A stretch of 64,000 nucleotides of DNA from a virus: IMG/VR virus record IMGVR_UViG_3300030060_007958, positions 15,607 to 79,606 of that record, one strand, 5' to 3'. The notes beneath the pieces were generated by a model. The model was not told the DNA's origin. It was given only the letters and a program-made list of their open reading frames with translations, and made no database searches. The position numbers and the translations under genes are program-made. Shown in pieces: positions 51,065-60,535 of this stretch (its first letter is position 1; the number at the start of each line of letters is the position of its first letter).

Positions 51065-51492
51065 AAAAAGAACAATTAAATAAACTTTTAAAACCTATGA
51101 TTAAAGAGTGCATTAAGGAAGTTATTTTTGAGGACGGCGTTCTCTCCGGATTAATTTCCGAAGTTGTAACAGGCTTGTCTGCCGGACAAGTAATCGCGGA
51201 ATCAACAATACCCATGGAAGAAGCAGGCGGCTTTTCCAGACAAAGAGTGGAATTACAAAAAGAGGCTGCCATAGAACTTCAAAATAAGAGAAAAAAACTT
51301 GAAGAATCTTTGGGCGGCAAATTTCAAGGAATTTTTGACAACGTGGCCCCAATGACTTCGAGTCCTACGCCCACCAATAATGATAGTGGTCCCCAAGGCC
51401 CATTATCTAGCTATTCGCCCACAGATTCTGGGGTTGATATTTCGGGCATCATGTCCCTTGGCTCTGCGAAGAGTTGGAAAAACATGATTTAA
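51061..51492 (+). CDS. Hypothetical head-module protein
   Basis: ATGA overlap; N-terminal repeats of I/L-x-E (IKECIKEVIFE, LISE, IAE). Confidence 0.6.
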   Translation: MKKEQLNKLLKPMIKECIKEVIFEDGVLSGLISEVVTGLSAGQVIAESTIPMEEAGGFSRQRVELQKEAAIELQNKRKKLEESLGGKFQGIFDNVAPMTSSPTPTNNDSGPQGPLSSYSPTDSGVDISGIMSLGSAKSWKNMI

Positions 51493-51507
51493 TATAAAGA
51501 GGAAGAC

Positions 51508-51729
51508 ATGGCTAAAAAACCAGTAAATGTGTCCGTTTCTCCACGGGGGAAGAGAGATACCCAAGAAAGAATGATAAGAAGATTCATTCGAAAGTGCAAG
51601 AAATTAAGAATTGTTGAACAAGTTCGTGAATTACAATATTACGAAAAGCCGTCAACTGTACGCAGAAAGGCAGCTAAAAAAAGAAGAAAAGTTTTAGATA
51701 AGCTAAAAATAAAAGAGCAGAATTCATAA
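51508..51729 (+). CDS. rpsU: Ribosomal protein bS21
   Basis: ERMIRRFIRKCKK..I..EVRE.QYYEKPS..RRK matches the bS21 E.ALRRFK...R..YEKPS signature. Confidence 0.85.
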   Translation: MAKKPVNVSVSPRGKRDTQERMIRRFIRKCKKLRIVEQVRELQYYEKPSTVRRKAAKKRRKVLDKLKIKEQNS

Positions 51730-51736
51730 AATAGTA

Positions 51737-51745
51737 ACTATTTAT
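51737..51745 (+). promoter_or_regulatory. Putative late promoter ACTATTTAT
   Basis: Intergenic, upstream of 51768. Confidence 0.65.
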
Positions 51746-51767
51746 AAGAAAATGGAGCATTTAAAAA

Positions 51768-52121
51768 ATGTCAATTTATCAATACAAGGCTGGACTACAA
51801 AATGCGGCCTCATATCAATCCTCCGGATCGCCCTATGTCACCGGATCTGCCAGTTTAACTGGGGTCATGGCGATTGAATTTCCAAATGTAACAAAAGAAA
51901 TAACAATCCGCGCCGCCTCTGGCACCGGGCATTTATATTTTCACACAGATGCACTCGATGAAAATAAAATGACATTTGGCACAACGGCCCTAACACTGGA
52001 TGTCAAATGTCAAAGACTTTATGTTTCCGGATCTAGTTTGGACTTTAGAGTTTTCGCTTCCTTGACCGGAATTGAGAAGGCAGAAATGTTTAATTTAACC
52101 GGTTCTGGAATAACTGAATAG
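51768..52121 (+). CDS. Small beta-rich virion protein, possible capsid decoration
   Basis: Ser/Thr/Gly-rich with SGS/TGS motifs; own late motif and SD. Confidence 0.5.
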   Translation: MSIYQYKAGLQNAASYQSSGSPYVTGSASLTGVMAIEFPNVTKEITIRAASGTGHLYFHTDALDENKMTFGTTALTLDVKCQRLYVSGSSLDFRVFASLTGIEKAEMFNLTGSGITE

Positions 52122-52172
52122 AAAACTATATAACCAACCTTTATAAAAATTTGTCTTTTTATAAAATAATAA

Positions 52173-52181
52173 ACTATTTAT
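52173..52181 (+). promoter_or_regulatory. Putative late promoter ACTATTTAT for the scaffold-capsid unit
   Basis: Intergenic, upstream of the scaffold gene. Confidence 0.65.
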
Positions 52182-52217
52182 TTTTGAGATAATTTTTTAT
52201 AAAGGGAGTCTTTTTTT

Positions 52218-53234
52218 ATGTCTTCATTATTAGAACAAGCAATTATTGACGCAGCCGCACTAAAGGAAGCTGCTATCAAAAATGCAGAAACAGCAATATT
52301 AAATAAATATTCTGCCGACATCAAGGAAGTTGTCGAGAACCTTTTCGAACAAGAAGAGGGGCTAGATGCAGAAGAGGGGGCCCAAGATGACCTCTCAAGT
52401 GATGAATCCCCGGCTCTTGCCGACAGTATTCCCATGGGCTTGGAAGCACCAACGGCATCCGAAGAAACTGAAATAGTTTTGAGCATGGAAGAATTAAAAG
52501 ATATGGCAGATGCACTGGCAGCAGCTGACGAAGATCTTATTGGGGAGCCAACTCCACATGAGGATTTGGCAAATGAAATATTGCCAGAACCCCCATCTCT
52601 TTCTGGGGAAATGGATGTACCAGAAGCTTCAATTGAAGCAACCCTTGAAGAAGAGGTTGAAATCAACGCCGAAGATCTTACAGAATTAATAGAAGAGTTG
52701 GTCGTAGATATCGATCCCAAAAAATCTGGATGGGCTGGCACTCCAGAATCCATAATGGACCATAAAGAACAATTAAGACTAGCTCAATTAGCAGCTACCA
52801 AGGCACATGAGGAAAACATGGAATTAGTAGCCGCCAGAGATAGACTTTCTGAACAAAATGAACAAATAGAGGGCAAAATGATTAAATTGAGTAAAGCCCT
52901 AACAACCTTGAAAGAAACATTTGACAAAGTGAATCTTTCAAACGCAAGACTTTTATACACGAATCGAGTTTTAACAAACAGCTCCTTGAATGAGCGACAA
53001 AAATCAAAAATTGTCGAAGCTTTGTCAAATGCCGATTCAATTAATGACGCAAAGGTTATTTTCGAAACTCTGGAAAGCGCAGTGGGTAGTGTAACGGGTA
53101 AAGCACAGCCACAATCACTCCGCGAGACAATCGAAAGACCTACTGCCACTTTACCCAGAAGAGAAGCCAAGACTCGCCTTTCTCCCGTAACGGACAGAAT
53201 GCAAATCTTGGCTGGCATTAAAAAACTAAAGTAA
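52218..53234 (+). CDS. Prohead core/scaffold protein, gp22-like
   Basis: Acidic coiled coil with many LxE sites, NLSNARLLYTN, C-terminal RMQILAGI; directly upstream of the capsid gene. Confidence 0.75.
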   Translation: MSSLLEQAIIDAAALKEAAIKNAETAILNKYSADIKEVVENLFEQEEGLDAEEGAQDDLSSDESPALADSIPMGLEAPTASEETEIVLSMEELKDMADALAAADEDLIGEPTPHEDLANEILPEPPSLSGEMDVPEASIEATLEEEVEINAEDLTELIEELVVDIDPKKSGWAGTPESIMDHKEQLRLAQLAATKAHEENMELVAARDRLSEQNEQIEGKMIKLSKALTTLKETFDKVNLSNARLLYTNRVLTNSSLNERQKSKIVEALSNADSINDAKVIFETLESAVGSVTGKAQPQSLRETIERPTATLPRREAKTRLSPVTDRMQILAGIKKLK

Positions 53235-53251
53235 TTAAAGGAGATTTTAAA

Positions 53252-54964
53252 ATGTCAATTATTAATAAATTAACAGAAGGCATTGTTAGACGCGATCTCT
53301 CTAAGGAAGGAGCTGCTCTTCTCAATAAGTGGGAAAAGACAGGTCTCTTAGAAGGTCTTACTAATGATCGTACCAAGCATGGTATGGCTGCACTTCTAGA
53401 AAATCAAGCAAAGGAGCTTCTTCGTGAGTCCTCTGCAATGGCCGCAGGTGATGTCGAAGGTTTCGCTTCCGTGGCTTTCCCAATCGTTCGTCGTGTTTTC
53501 GGCGGATTAATCGCTAACGATCTTGTATCTGTTCAACCAATGAGTTTGCCATCTGGCCTCATTTTCTTCTTGGATTTCACATATTCAGACGAAACAGGTA
53601 ACAGACTTGATTACCGCGCCGGACGTTCAGTCTACGGTGGTGGCAAGGTTGCTGCGGAAATTTCTCAAGGTATTACCCTGAGTGGTCATGATGCAGAGAG
53701 CAGTTTCTATGCTCTTAACAACGGTTATTCTTCACCAACCGCCTCTTCTCCAGTAGGCTGGCACGATCAAGCAGTTGGCGTAGCATCTGGTACTGTTGGT
53801 ATTGCAGGCGCAGACTGGACCGGTACAGCAGCCCTTATTGATGCTAATCCTGATAAGCTACTTCGCTTTGACCCGGATGTTGCTTCTGGATCATTCGCAG
53901 CAATTTGGCAGGTACCGATTTCAACTTTCCCGAATTTGAACATGAAAGATTATATCACTATTTCTGCTCAAACTTCCGGAGGGACACGCTCTAATGATCA
54001 GGTTCGCCGCCTTACACTTGATGACCCAACAGACGCAAACAACGTTTTGATTGTTATTACTAGTGCTACTTCAGCTAATGCAGCTGCCGCACACGGTAAC
54101 ACACATAACTCTGCAAGTTATATCATCGACGATACATTCACAACTTCAGGTCTTGCACTCGGTGCTGTTAAAGGTACTGATCCATGGGGATTGGAAAATA
54201 ATTCAGCAATTCCAGAAATCGACATCAAAGTTGATTCAATTGCTGTTACAGCCAAGACCAAAAAACTTAAAGCTAAGTGGACACCGGAATTGGCTCAAGA
54301 TTTGAACGCATACCACAACTTGGATGCAGAAGTAGAGCTAACTTCTATTCTTTCAGAGCATATTGCTCTTGAAATCGACCAAGAAATCTTGGAAGACCTA
54401 ATCGTCGACGCAACTGCAGGTACCCTTTACTGGTCACGTTTGCCCGGTAAATTCCTTAATCGCGAAACAGGCACTGCCCTTACTTCTTCTACAGCATTCC
54501 CAGACTTCACTGGCAATGTTTCAGAGTGGTACGAGACCCTTGTTGAAACAATTAATGATGTATCAGCACAGATCCACCGCAAGACTTTGAGAGGCGGAGC
54601 AAACTTCATCGTGGTTTCACCAGAAGTTGCAAACCTTCTTGAATTCACCGCTGGATTCCGTGGAAGCGTCACTCATGACGACGACCGTGGCCAAGTTGGT
54701 GCTGTTAGAGTTGGTTCTTTGAGTAAGAAGTTCGACGTTTATGTTGATCCTTACTTCCCAAGAAACGTTGTACTCTGTGGTCGCAAAGGATCTTCTTTCC
54801 TTGAAAGCGGATATGTATATGCACCATATGTACCACTCCAAATGACTCCTACAATCTTCGGAACCGAGGACTTCGTACCTCGTAAGGGTGTCATGACTCG
54901 CTACGCGAAGAAGATGGTACGTCCAGATATGTACGGATTGGTTGTTGTTACAGATTTAGTATAA
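53252..54964 (+). CDS. Major capsid protein, gp23-like
   Basis: KWEKTGLLEG, LLENQ, PIVRRVF, VSVQPMSLPSGLIFF, AKTKKLKAKWTPELAQDL.AYH.LDAE.EL, YAPYVPL, GVMTRY. Confidence 0.97.
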   Translation: MSIINKLTEGIVRRDLSKEGAALLNKWEKTGLLEGLTNDRTKHGMAALLENQAKELLRESSAMAAGDVEGFASVAFPIVRRVFGGLIANDLVSVQPMSLPSGLIFFLDFTYSDETGNRLDYRAGRSVYGGGKVAAEISQGITLSGHDAESSFYALNNGYSSPTASSPVGWHDQAVGVASGTVGIAGADWTGTAALIDANPDKLLRFDPDVASGSFAAIWQVPISTFPNLNMKDYITISAQTSGGTRSNDQVRRLTLDDPTDANNVLIVITSATSANAAAAHGNTHNSASYIIDDTFTTSGLALGAVKGTDPWGLENNSAIPEIDIKVDSIAVTAKTKKLKAKWTPELAQDLNAYHNLDAEVELTSILSEHIALEIDQEILEDLIVDATAGTLYWSRLPGKFLNRETGTALTSSTAFPDFTGNVSEWYETLVETINDVSAQIHRKTLRGGANFIVVSPEVANLLEFTAGFRGSVTHDDDRGQVGAVRVGSLSKKFDVYVDPYFPRNVVLCGRKGSSFLESGYVYAPYVPLQMTPTIFGTEDFVPRKGVMTRYAKKMVRPDMYGLVVVTDLV

Positions 54965-54990
54965 TCAAATAATATAACCTAAATTTACAT

Positions 54991-55025
54991 GCCCCTTCAC
55001 AATTTTGTGAAGGGGTTTTGTGTTT
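54991..55025 (+). terminator. Rho-independent terminator after the capsid gene
   Basis: CCCCTTCACAA-tt-TTGTGAAGGGG inverted repeat followed by TTTTGTGTTT. Confidence 0.85.
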
Positions 55026-55060
55026 GTAGAAACTACTTAGTGCTAGGGGGAGGAATTTAA

Positions 55061-56329
55061 ATGGCATTCCCAACATTAACACCAGCCAGTCAAATGAGCA
55101 AATCAGTTTTGCCTCCTACTGGCGCAGCCTCATCGGTAGCAGAAACCCTACCTTTACAGGTTTATTCTACGTCGACTGAATTTTTGTCCGGCGCAGCAGA
55201 TCAAGTTGCTTATACATTTAGGAAGCTTGGCGGCGATGTATTAGACATCGAACTAAAAGAGCAAAATGTTTATGCAAATTATCAAGAGGCATGCCTAGAA
55301 TATAGCTATCTTGTTAATTTACATCAATCAAAAAATATATTATCCGATGTATTAGGTCAGGCAACCGGAACTTTCGATAGGGATGGAGAAATATTAACAG
55401 GGCCTGAAGGCGTTAATTTAAAATTCCCAAGAGTAATGTTCGAATATGCCCGCCGGGTATCCGATGGCTTCTCTTTCGAAGCCAACGTGGGGGGTACAAT
55501 ACCTATCTACTCGGCCTCATTCGCACTTCAAGCCGGCCAACAAGATTATGATTTACAGGCCATTATATCTTCTTCTGCAGCCTCTGGCGTAGATCCCATA
55601 GGATTAAACGTACCATATGCCGGGAAAGTGGGTGACAAGAGAGTACTCGTAAAAAAAGTTTATTATAAGACCCCCAGTGCAATGTGGAGATTTTTCGGAT
55701 ATTTTGGTGGATTGAATGTTGTAGGTAATTTAAATTACTACGGACAATATACCGACGACTCTACTTTCGAATTAATTCCAACTTGGCAGAACAAGCTTCA
55801 AGCTATGGCGTTTGAAGATAATCTTTATACCAGATTATCTCACTATTCATACGAACTAAAAAATAATAAATTAAGAATATACCCAGAGCCGGCCCTTTTG
55901 GGTACATATCTATATATGTGGGTTGATTTTTCTGTAGTGCCGGCCCCTTGGGAAGATAATGAAGAATTTAATAACGGAACAGATGGCATTAACAACATGA
56001 ATACCATCCCGTTTGATAATATACCATATAAAAACATTAATGCCATTGGCAAGCAGTGGATTAGGAGATTCTCTTTAGCCTTGTCTAAGGAGACACTAGC
56101 TCAAATTAGGGGTAAATTTCAAACAATTCCGATACCGGGGGAGTCAGTAAATTTAAATTCTTCAGAATTATTATCACAAGCTAAAGATGAGCAAGATAAA
56201 TTAAGACAAGAGTTGAAAGAAGTACTGGATCAACTTACATATACGGAAGTGGCAAAATCAGATGCAGAAAAGGTAGAAGCAGTCGAAAATGTACAAAAGA
56301 AAGTGCCAATGCTTATTTTTCAAGGATAA
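55061..56329 (+). CDS. Neck/head-completion protein, gp13-like
   Basis: RKLGGDVLDIEL, QWIRRFSLALSKETLAQIRGKF, IPGESVNLN...; follows the capsid gene; variant late motif ACTACTTAG at 55032. Confidence 0.75.
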   Translation: MAFPTLTPASQMSKSVLPPTGAASSVAETLPLQVYSTSTEFLSGAADQVAYTFRKLGGDVLDIELKEQNVYANYQEACLEYSYLVNLHQSKNILSDVLGQATGTFDRDGEILTGPEGVNLKFPRVMFEYARRVSDGFSFEANVGGTIPIYSASFALQAGQQDYDLQAIISSSAASGVDPIGLNVPYAGKVGDKRVLVKKVYYKTPSAMWRFFGYFGGLNVVGNLNYYGQYTDDSTFELIPTWQNKLQAMAFEDNLYTRLSHYSYELKNNKLRIYPEPALLGTYLYMWVDFSVVPAPWEDNEEFNNGTDGINNMNTIPFDNIPYKNINAIGKQWIRRFSLALSKETLAQIRGKFQTIPIPGESVNLNSSELLSQAKDEQDKLRQELKEVLDQLTYTEVAKSDAEKVEAVENVQKKVPMLIFQG

Positions 56330-56332
56330 AGT

Positions 56333-57202
56333 ATGAGTAGTAGAAAAAAACAATATGATGGATTTCGTCCTTATTTTCAAGATAAAAAACCCGGTGATTC
56401 TACGCCGGGTCTCAAAGAAATTACTTTTATGCCCTCCACAATCGAAACAATAGATACAGCCTTATATCAGTGGCTTGATGAAGAGCTTAATATTTCTTGC
56501 AAAACAAACGAGGGATTTAAAAAGGTGCCCTTAATTTGGTCAATGCCAGAAAGATCATTCCAAACTAAAGACAATAAAGATCTAAGAAATAAAGATATTT
56601 TTGTTTTACCTGCGATTAGTATAGAAAGGGTATCCATGCAAAAAGATCCTAATTTTAAAGGTGTCGCTTGGTCATTTCTGCCAAGAATTAATGATGCTAA
56701 GGGCGGAGCAATCACGGTTGCAAGGAGAATAAATCAGAAAAAAACTTCTAATTTCGCAAATGCTTCGGCAAAAAAGAGATTTAATCAAAAAACTTTTCCT
56801 TTCAAAAACGAAAAGGTTGTATATGAAACAATAACAATGCCAGCCCCAACATATGTGGCTGTCGACTATAAATTAACAATTAATACAGAATACCAACAGC
56901 AGATGAATGACATCATTACTCCGTTTATAGCTTACACTGGACAAATTAATAATTTTTCTATGAAATATAACGGTCATAAATTTGAAGGTTTCGTCCAAGG
57001 AGATTTTTCTCTAGAGAATAATTCTTCAAATCTTTCTGAAGAAGAGAGAAACTTTAAAGCAATGATTAATTTAAAAATACTGGGATATCTCGTCGGATTG
57101 GGCCCAAATGATGAACAACCTAAATTAACGGTTAGAGAATCCGCAGCAGAATACAGACTAATGCGTGAGCGTGTTATAGTCGACGACAAGAAGGATTATT
57201 AA
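56333..57202 (+). CDS. Tail terminator / sheath stabilizer, gp15-like
   Basis: KVPLIW..PER, LPAISIER, MPAPTYVAVDYKLTI.T..QQQMNDII. Confidence 0.6.
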   Translation: MSSRKKQYDGFRPYFQDKKPGDSTPGLKEITFMPSTIETIDTALYQWLDEELNISCKTNEGFKKVPLIWSMPERSFQTKDNKDLRNKDIFVLPAISIERVSMQKDPNFKGVAWSFLPRINDAKGGAITVARRINQKKTSNFANASAKKRFNQKTFPFKNEKVVYETITMPAPTYVAVDYKLTINTEYQQQMNDIITPFIAYTGQINNFSMKYNGHKFEGFVQGDFSLENNSSNLSEEERNFKAMINLKILGYLVGLGPNDEQPKLTVRESAAEYRLMRERVIVDDKKDY

Positions 57203-57203
57203 T

Positions 57204-58031
57204 ATGTCTGAAGATAACAAGTGGACAAAACCTTCAAATCCCCCTCCTCCTCTATTTCTGGGAGAAAAAGAAAGAAATCTAGTAAAGCAGGTAAATGATG
57301 AGCTTTTAGAGAGGGTTGTCGGACAACAAATAGTGTATTTACCAATATCTATGGAATATACAAATTTTCACCCAATATATGGGGAGGCAATAGAAAAGTC
57401 TTTTCTACCTCCTGTAAGGGTTTATGCTTTGGTTGAATTTGACGGCATAAAAACAACAACCGAGAACTATGGTCTGGATAAAGAAAAATCTATAACTGTT
57501 AAATTTCACGAAAGAAGATTGCACGAAGATCAAGACCTTATGTTAAGAGAGGGTGATTATGTTCAATATGGCGACTCTTTTTATGAGATTGTATCTCTAA
57601 CGGAAGACAGACAACTTTTCGGGCAAATTGATCACATCTTCCAAATATCTGCAAAATGTATCAGAACCAGACGTGGGATAATGGACATGTCTGTCTTGTC
57701 CGATGACGTTTTGTCTTCTTTAGCTGATGTGGCACAACAGGACACTGTTTCCGGGCCATATCACGAACATGAGCCAAGTATCGTGCGCGTTATATATGTT
57801 CATGATGTGACGGGAAGCCCTATTTCGGCAGATACTAATTTAAATTCAATTTTGGGAGTAACAGGTCCAGTTGTTCTTGCCGCCGCCGCAATTTTTCAAA
57901 ATGGCCAGAGACAAACTCTAGGATCCGATCCTTCTACAGGGGAATATTATGTCCAAGAGGGCTTTATTCGTAATTCTTATGTGGTCGGAACAAGCAACAG
58001 AATTCTTTTAGAGGTTTTAACAATAGTATGA
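57204..58031 (+). CDS. Head closure / neck protein, gp14-like, with C-terminal extension
   Basis: GQQIVY.PI, IYGE, REGDYV.YG..FYEI. Confidence 0.65.
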   Translation: MSEDNKWTKPSNPPPPLFLGEKERNLVKQVNDELLERVVGQQIVYLPISMEYTNFHPIYGEAIEKSFLPPVRVYALVEFDGIKTTTENYGLDKEKSITVKFHERRLHEDQDLMLREGDYVQYGDSFYEIVSLTEDRQLFGQIDHIFQISAKCIRTRRGIMDMSVLSDDVLSSLADVAQQDTVSGPYHEHEPSIVRVIYVHDVTGSPISADTNLNSILGVTGPVVLAAAAIFQNGQRQTLGSDPSTGEYYVQEGFIRNSYVVGTSNRILLEVLTIV

Positions 58032-59236
58032 GTATTTTTAGAGAACATAAAACAAATGCAGACCGATCTGCGGCAGACAGAAAGAGGCATAAACAGAAAA
58101 TTGATAAGGCCCTGAAAGAAGGTCTTAAAGATGTTGTGGCAGATGAGTCAATTATTGGTCAAGATGGTAAGAAAAAAATAAAAATCCCCGTAAAAGGTAT
58201 TAAAGAATATCAATTTGTCTATGGAGAAAACCAAGACAATAAGAAAGCGGGAAGTGCCGGCGATAAAAAAGTCAAAAAAGGCCAAGTTTTAAGAAAGGGC
58301 CAGAAAAAGAAAAAGGCACCCGGTAAAAAAGGATCTAATGAAAAGGGCGACGAATATTATGATGTTGAAGTGACTCTGGATGAGCTGGCAGAATATCTTT
58401 TTCAGGACTTAAAGCTGCCCGATTTAGAAAAAAAGAAATTTAGGTTTATAAAAGACTACAAACCAAAAAGAAGTGGTTTTAGAAAAAAGGGTATGAGATC
58501 CAGACTATCCAAAAAAGAAACCATTAAGAGAAAAATTAGAAGAAAGAAGATGGCCGAAGCCTCTGGTACGTGGGATCCGGAATCTGGAGAAAGATTCCCC
58601 TTTCACAAAGATGATTTAAAATACAAACATATAAAGCTAAAACCCCAGCAAAATAATTCAGCAGTTATTTTTTTCTTAATGGATGTATCTGGCTCAATGG
58701 GTAAAGAAAAAAAATATATGGCAAGAAGTTTTTATTTCTTATTATATCAATTTTTAAGATACAAATACGAAAATATAGAAGTTGTGTTTATATCTCATAG
58801 CACAGAAGCAAAAGAAGTTAATGAAGATGATTTTTTTAAACGCGGTACTATGGGTGGTACGGTCATGTCAACTGCTCTTGAATTGACAAAAGAAATCATC
58901 AATAAAAGGTATCATCCATCCATATGGAATATATATACTTTCTATTCAGGAGATGGTGAGAATTGGTCTTTTGATGATCCCAAGACAATAAAGTTGTTTG
59001 AAGAATTAAAAGAAATAAATCAAATGATGTGTTATGCTGAAATTGACCCACTATCACATCCAGAGTCAGATTTGTCAATATTAACAAAATCTTTTAATTA
59101 CAATCAAAGCGAATCAACAAATTTGTGGCAAAAACTAACAAAAATTGTAGATAAAAGCTTTAAGAGAGTAAAAATATCAAAACCAAGCCACATTTGGCCC
59201 TCGTTCCAACACTTATTTGGAGGAAGTAAAAAATGA
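58028..59236 (+). CDS. yhbH: YhbH/YeaH (DUF444, UPF0229) vWA-domain protein
   Basis: DRS..DR.RH, ESIIG...KIPVKGIKEY.F.YG, FPF..DDL.Y, MIDAS MDVSGSM, FISH.TEA.EV.E..FF..G..GGT..S, WNIY..GDGEN. Confidence 0.92.
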   Translation: MSIFREHKTNADRSAADRKRHKQKIDKALKEGLKDVVADESIIGQDGKKKIKIPVKGIKEYQFVYGENQDNKKAGSAGDKKVKKGQVLRKGQKKKKAPGKKGSNEKGDEYYDVEVTLDELAEYLFQDLKLPDLEKKKFRFIKDYKPKRSGFRKKGMRSRLSKKETIKRKIRRKKMAEASGTWDPESGERFPFHKDDLKYKHIKLKPQQNNSAVIFFLMDVSGSMGKEKKYMARSFYFLLYQFLRYKYENIEVVFISHSTEAKEVNEDDFFKRGTMGGTVMSTALELTKEIINKRYHPSIWNIYTFYSGDGENWSFDDPKTIKLFEELKEINQMMCYAEIDPLSHPESDLSILTKSFNYNQSESTNLWQKLTKIVDKSFKRVKISKPSHIWPSFQHLFGGSKK

Positions 59237-60534
59237 AAGACTGGACAATAAAAGAACTGCAAGCTTGGGATGACAAAATTTGTCAAATCGGCAAAGAAAA
59301 ATATAACCTAGATTGGTTTCCCATCGAATATGAGATACTAAATTATCACGAAATGATTGGCGCAATGGCATACACTGGATTACCTACACATTATCGTCAT
59401 TGGTCATTTGGAAAATCTTTTGAAAGAACAATAACAAGATATAATCTGGGCATGGAAGGACTCCCATATGAAATGATAATCAATTCAAATCCATCAATCG
59501 CGTATTTAATGCTTGAAAATCCTATGAGCACTCATTTGTTAACAATGTCTCACTGTGTGGGTCATTCCGATTTCTTTAAAAACAACAGAATGTTTAAGCA
59601 TACGGATCCGGATAATGTGTTATCTCGATTTAAATCAGCCGCAAAACGGGTTCAGGGGTATGTAGAGGATCCCAACATAGGCATAGATCTTGTTGAAAGA
59701 GTGCTCGATGCATGCCACGCAATTCAATATCAAATCCCCAGAACACCCGGCATTTCTAGAATAAGCCAGAAAGAAGCAAAAATGGAGCTTATGAAAAATG
59801 TCAAAGGAAAATTGGATATAGATATCGGATTGGTTCAAAAAGATTATAATTTGCTGGGTTTTATTAAAGAAAACGCCAGAGATCTAGAAGACTGGCAAAA
59901 AGATTTAATAGAAATGGTTGAACGAAGATCAAAATATTTTGTACCACAAGGTCAAACTAAAATTATGAACGAAGGCTGGGCAGTCCTTATCCATGAAAAA
60001 ATTATGTATGATTTAGAATTGCCAGATAAATATCATTTAGCTTTTTTAAAGACCCATAATCAAGTGGTTAGGCCAATTGTTGGCAGAGTTAATCCATATC
60101 ATCTTGGATATACAATATTTAAAAATATCGAGAAAAAATATGGATTTGAAGAATGTTTATTAGTTAGAGAAACACACGACGACGAGTCATTTATAAGAAA
60201 ATATTTGACAGAAGAAATCTGTCATGACCTCAATTTATTCAGTTATTCTTATGAGAAATTTTCCGGAAATTACTCAATAAAAGAAATTTCTGACAAAGAA
60301 GGGTGGAAAAGCGTTCGTGACGCTCTAATTAGCAATGTAGGACTTAATTCAGCTCCTATTGTTTATGTTGAAGATTTTGAGAGAAAAACAAATACTCTCT
60401 TTATAAGGCACGAACATGATGGGAGGGATTTAGAACTATCGTATGCAAATAAAGTATATGATCAAATATGTTATTTGTGGAACGACAACGTAGAATTTAT
60501 AACCTTAATAGAGGGTGAAAAATGGGAATTTTAA
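59233..60534 (+). CDS. spoVR: SpoVR/YcgB family protein
   Basis: GLPTHYRHWSFGK, LPYEMIINSNP.IAYL, HCVGHSDFFKNN, PQ.QTKIMNEGWA, NPYHLG. Confidence 0.95.
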   Translation: MKDWTIKELQAWDDKICQIGKEKYNLDWFPIEYEILNYHEMIGAMAYTGLPTHYRHWSFGKSFERTITRYNLGMEGLPYEMIINSNPSIAYLMLENPMSTHLLTMSHCVGHSDFFKNNRMFKHTDPDNVLSRFKSAAKRVQGYVEDPNIGIDLVERVLDACHAIQYQIPRTPGISRISQKEAKMELMKNVKGKLDIDIGLVQKDYNLLGFIKENARDLEDWQKDLIEMVERRSKYFVPQGQTKIMNEGWAVLIHEKIMYDLELPDKYHLAFLKTHNQVVRPIVGRVNPYHLGYTIFKNIEKKYGFEECLLVRETHDDESFIRKYLTEEICHDLNLFSYSYEKFSGNYSIKEISDKEGWKSVRDALISNVGLNSAPIVYVEDFERKTNTLFIRHEHDGRDLELSYANKVYDQICYLWNDNVEFITLIEGEKWEF

Positions 60535-60535
60535 A

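Noticed and set aside
3091-60535. Longest-ORF starts at 3091, 19004, 28089, 29186, 43227, 43601, 43944 and 60515
   Set aside because: They overlap upstream genes; downstream ATGs fit SDs, stop-start coupling or family N-termini better
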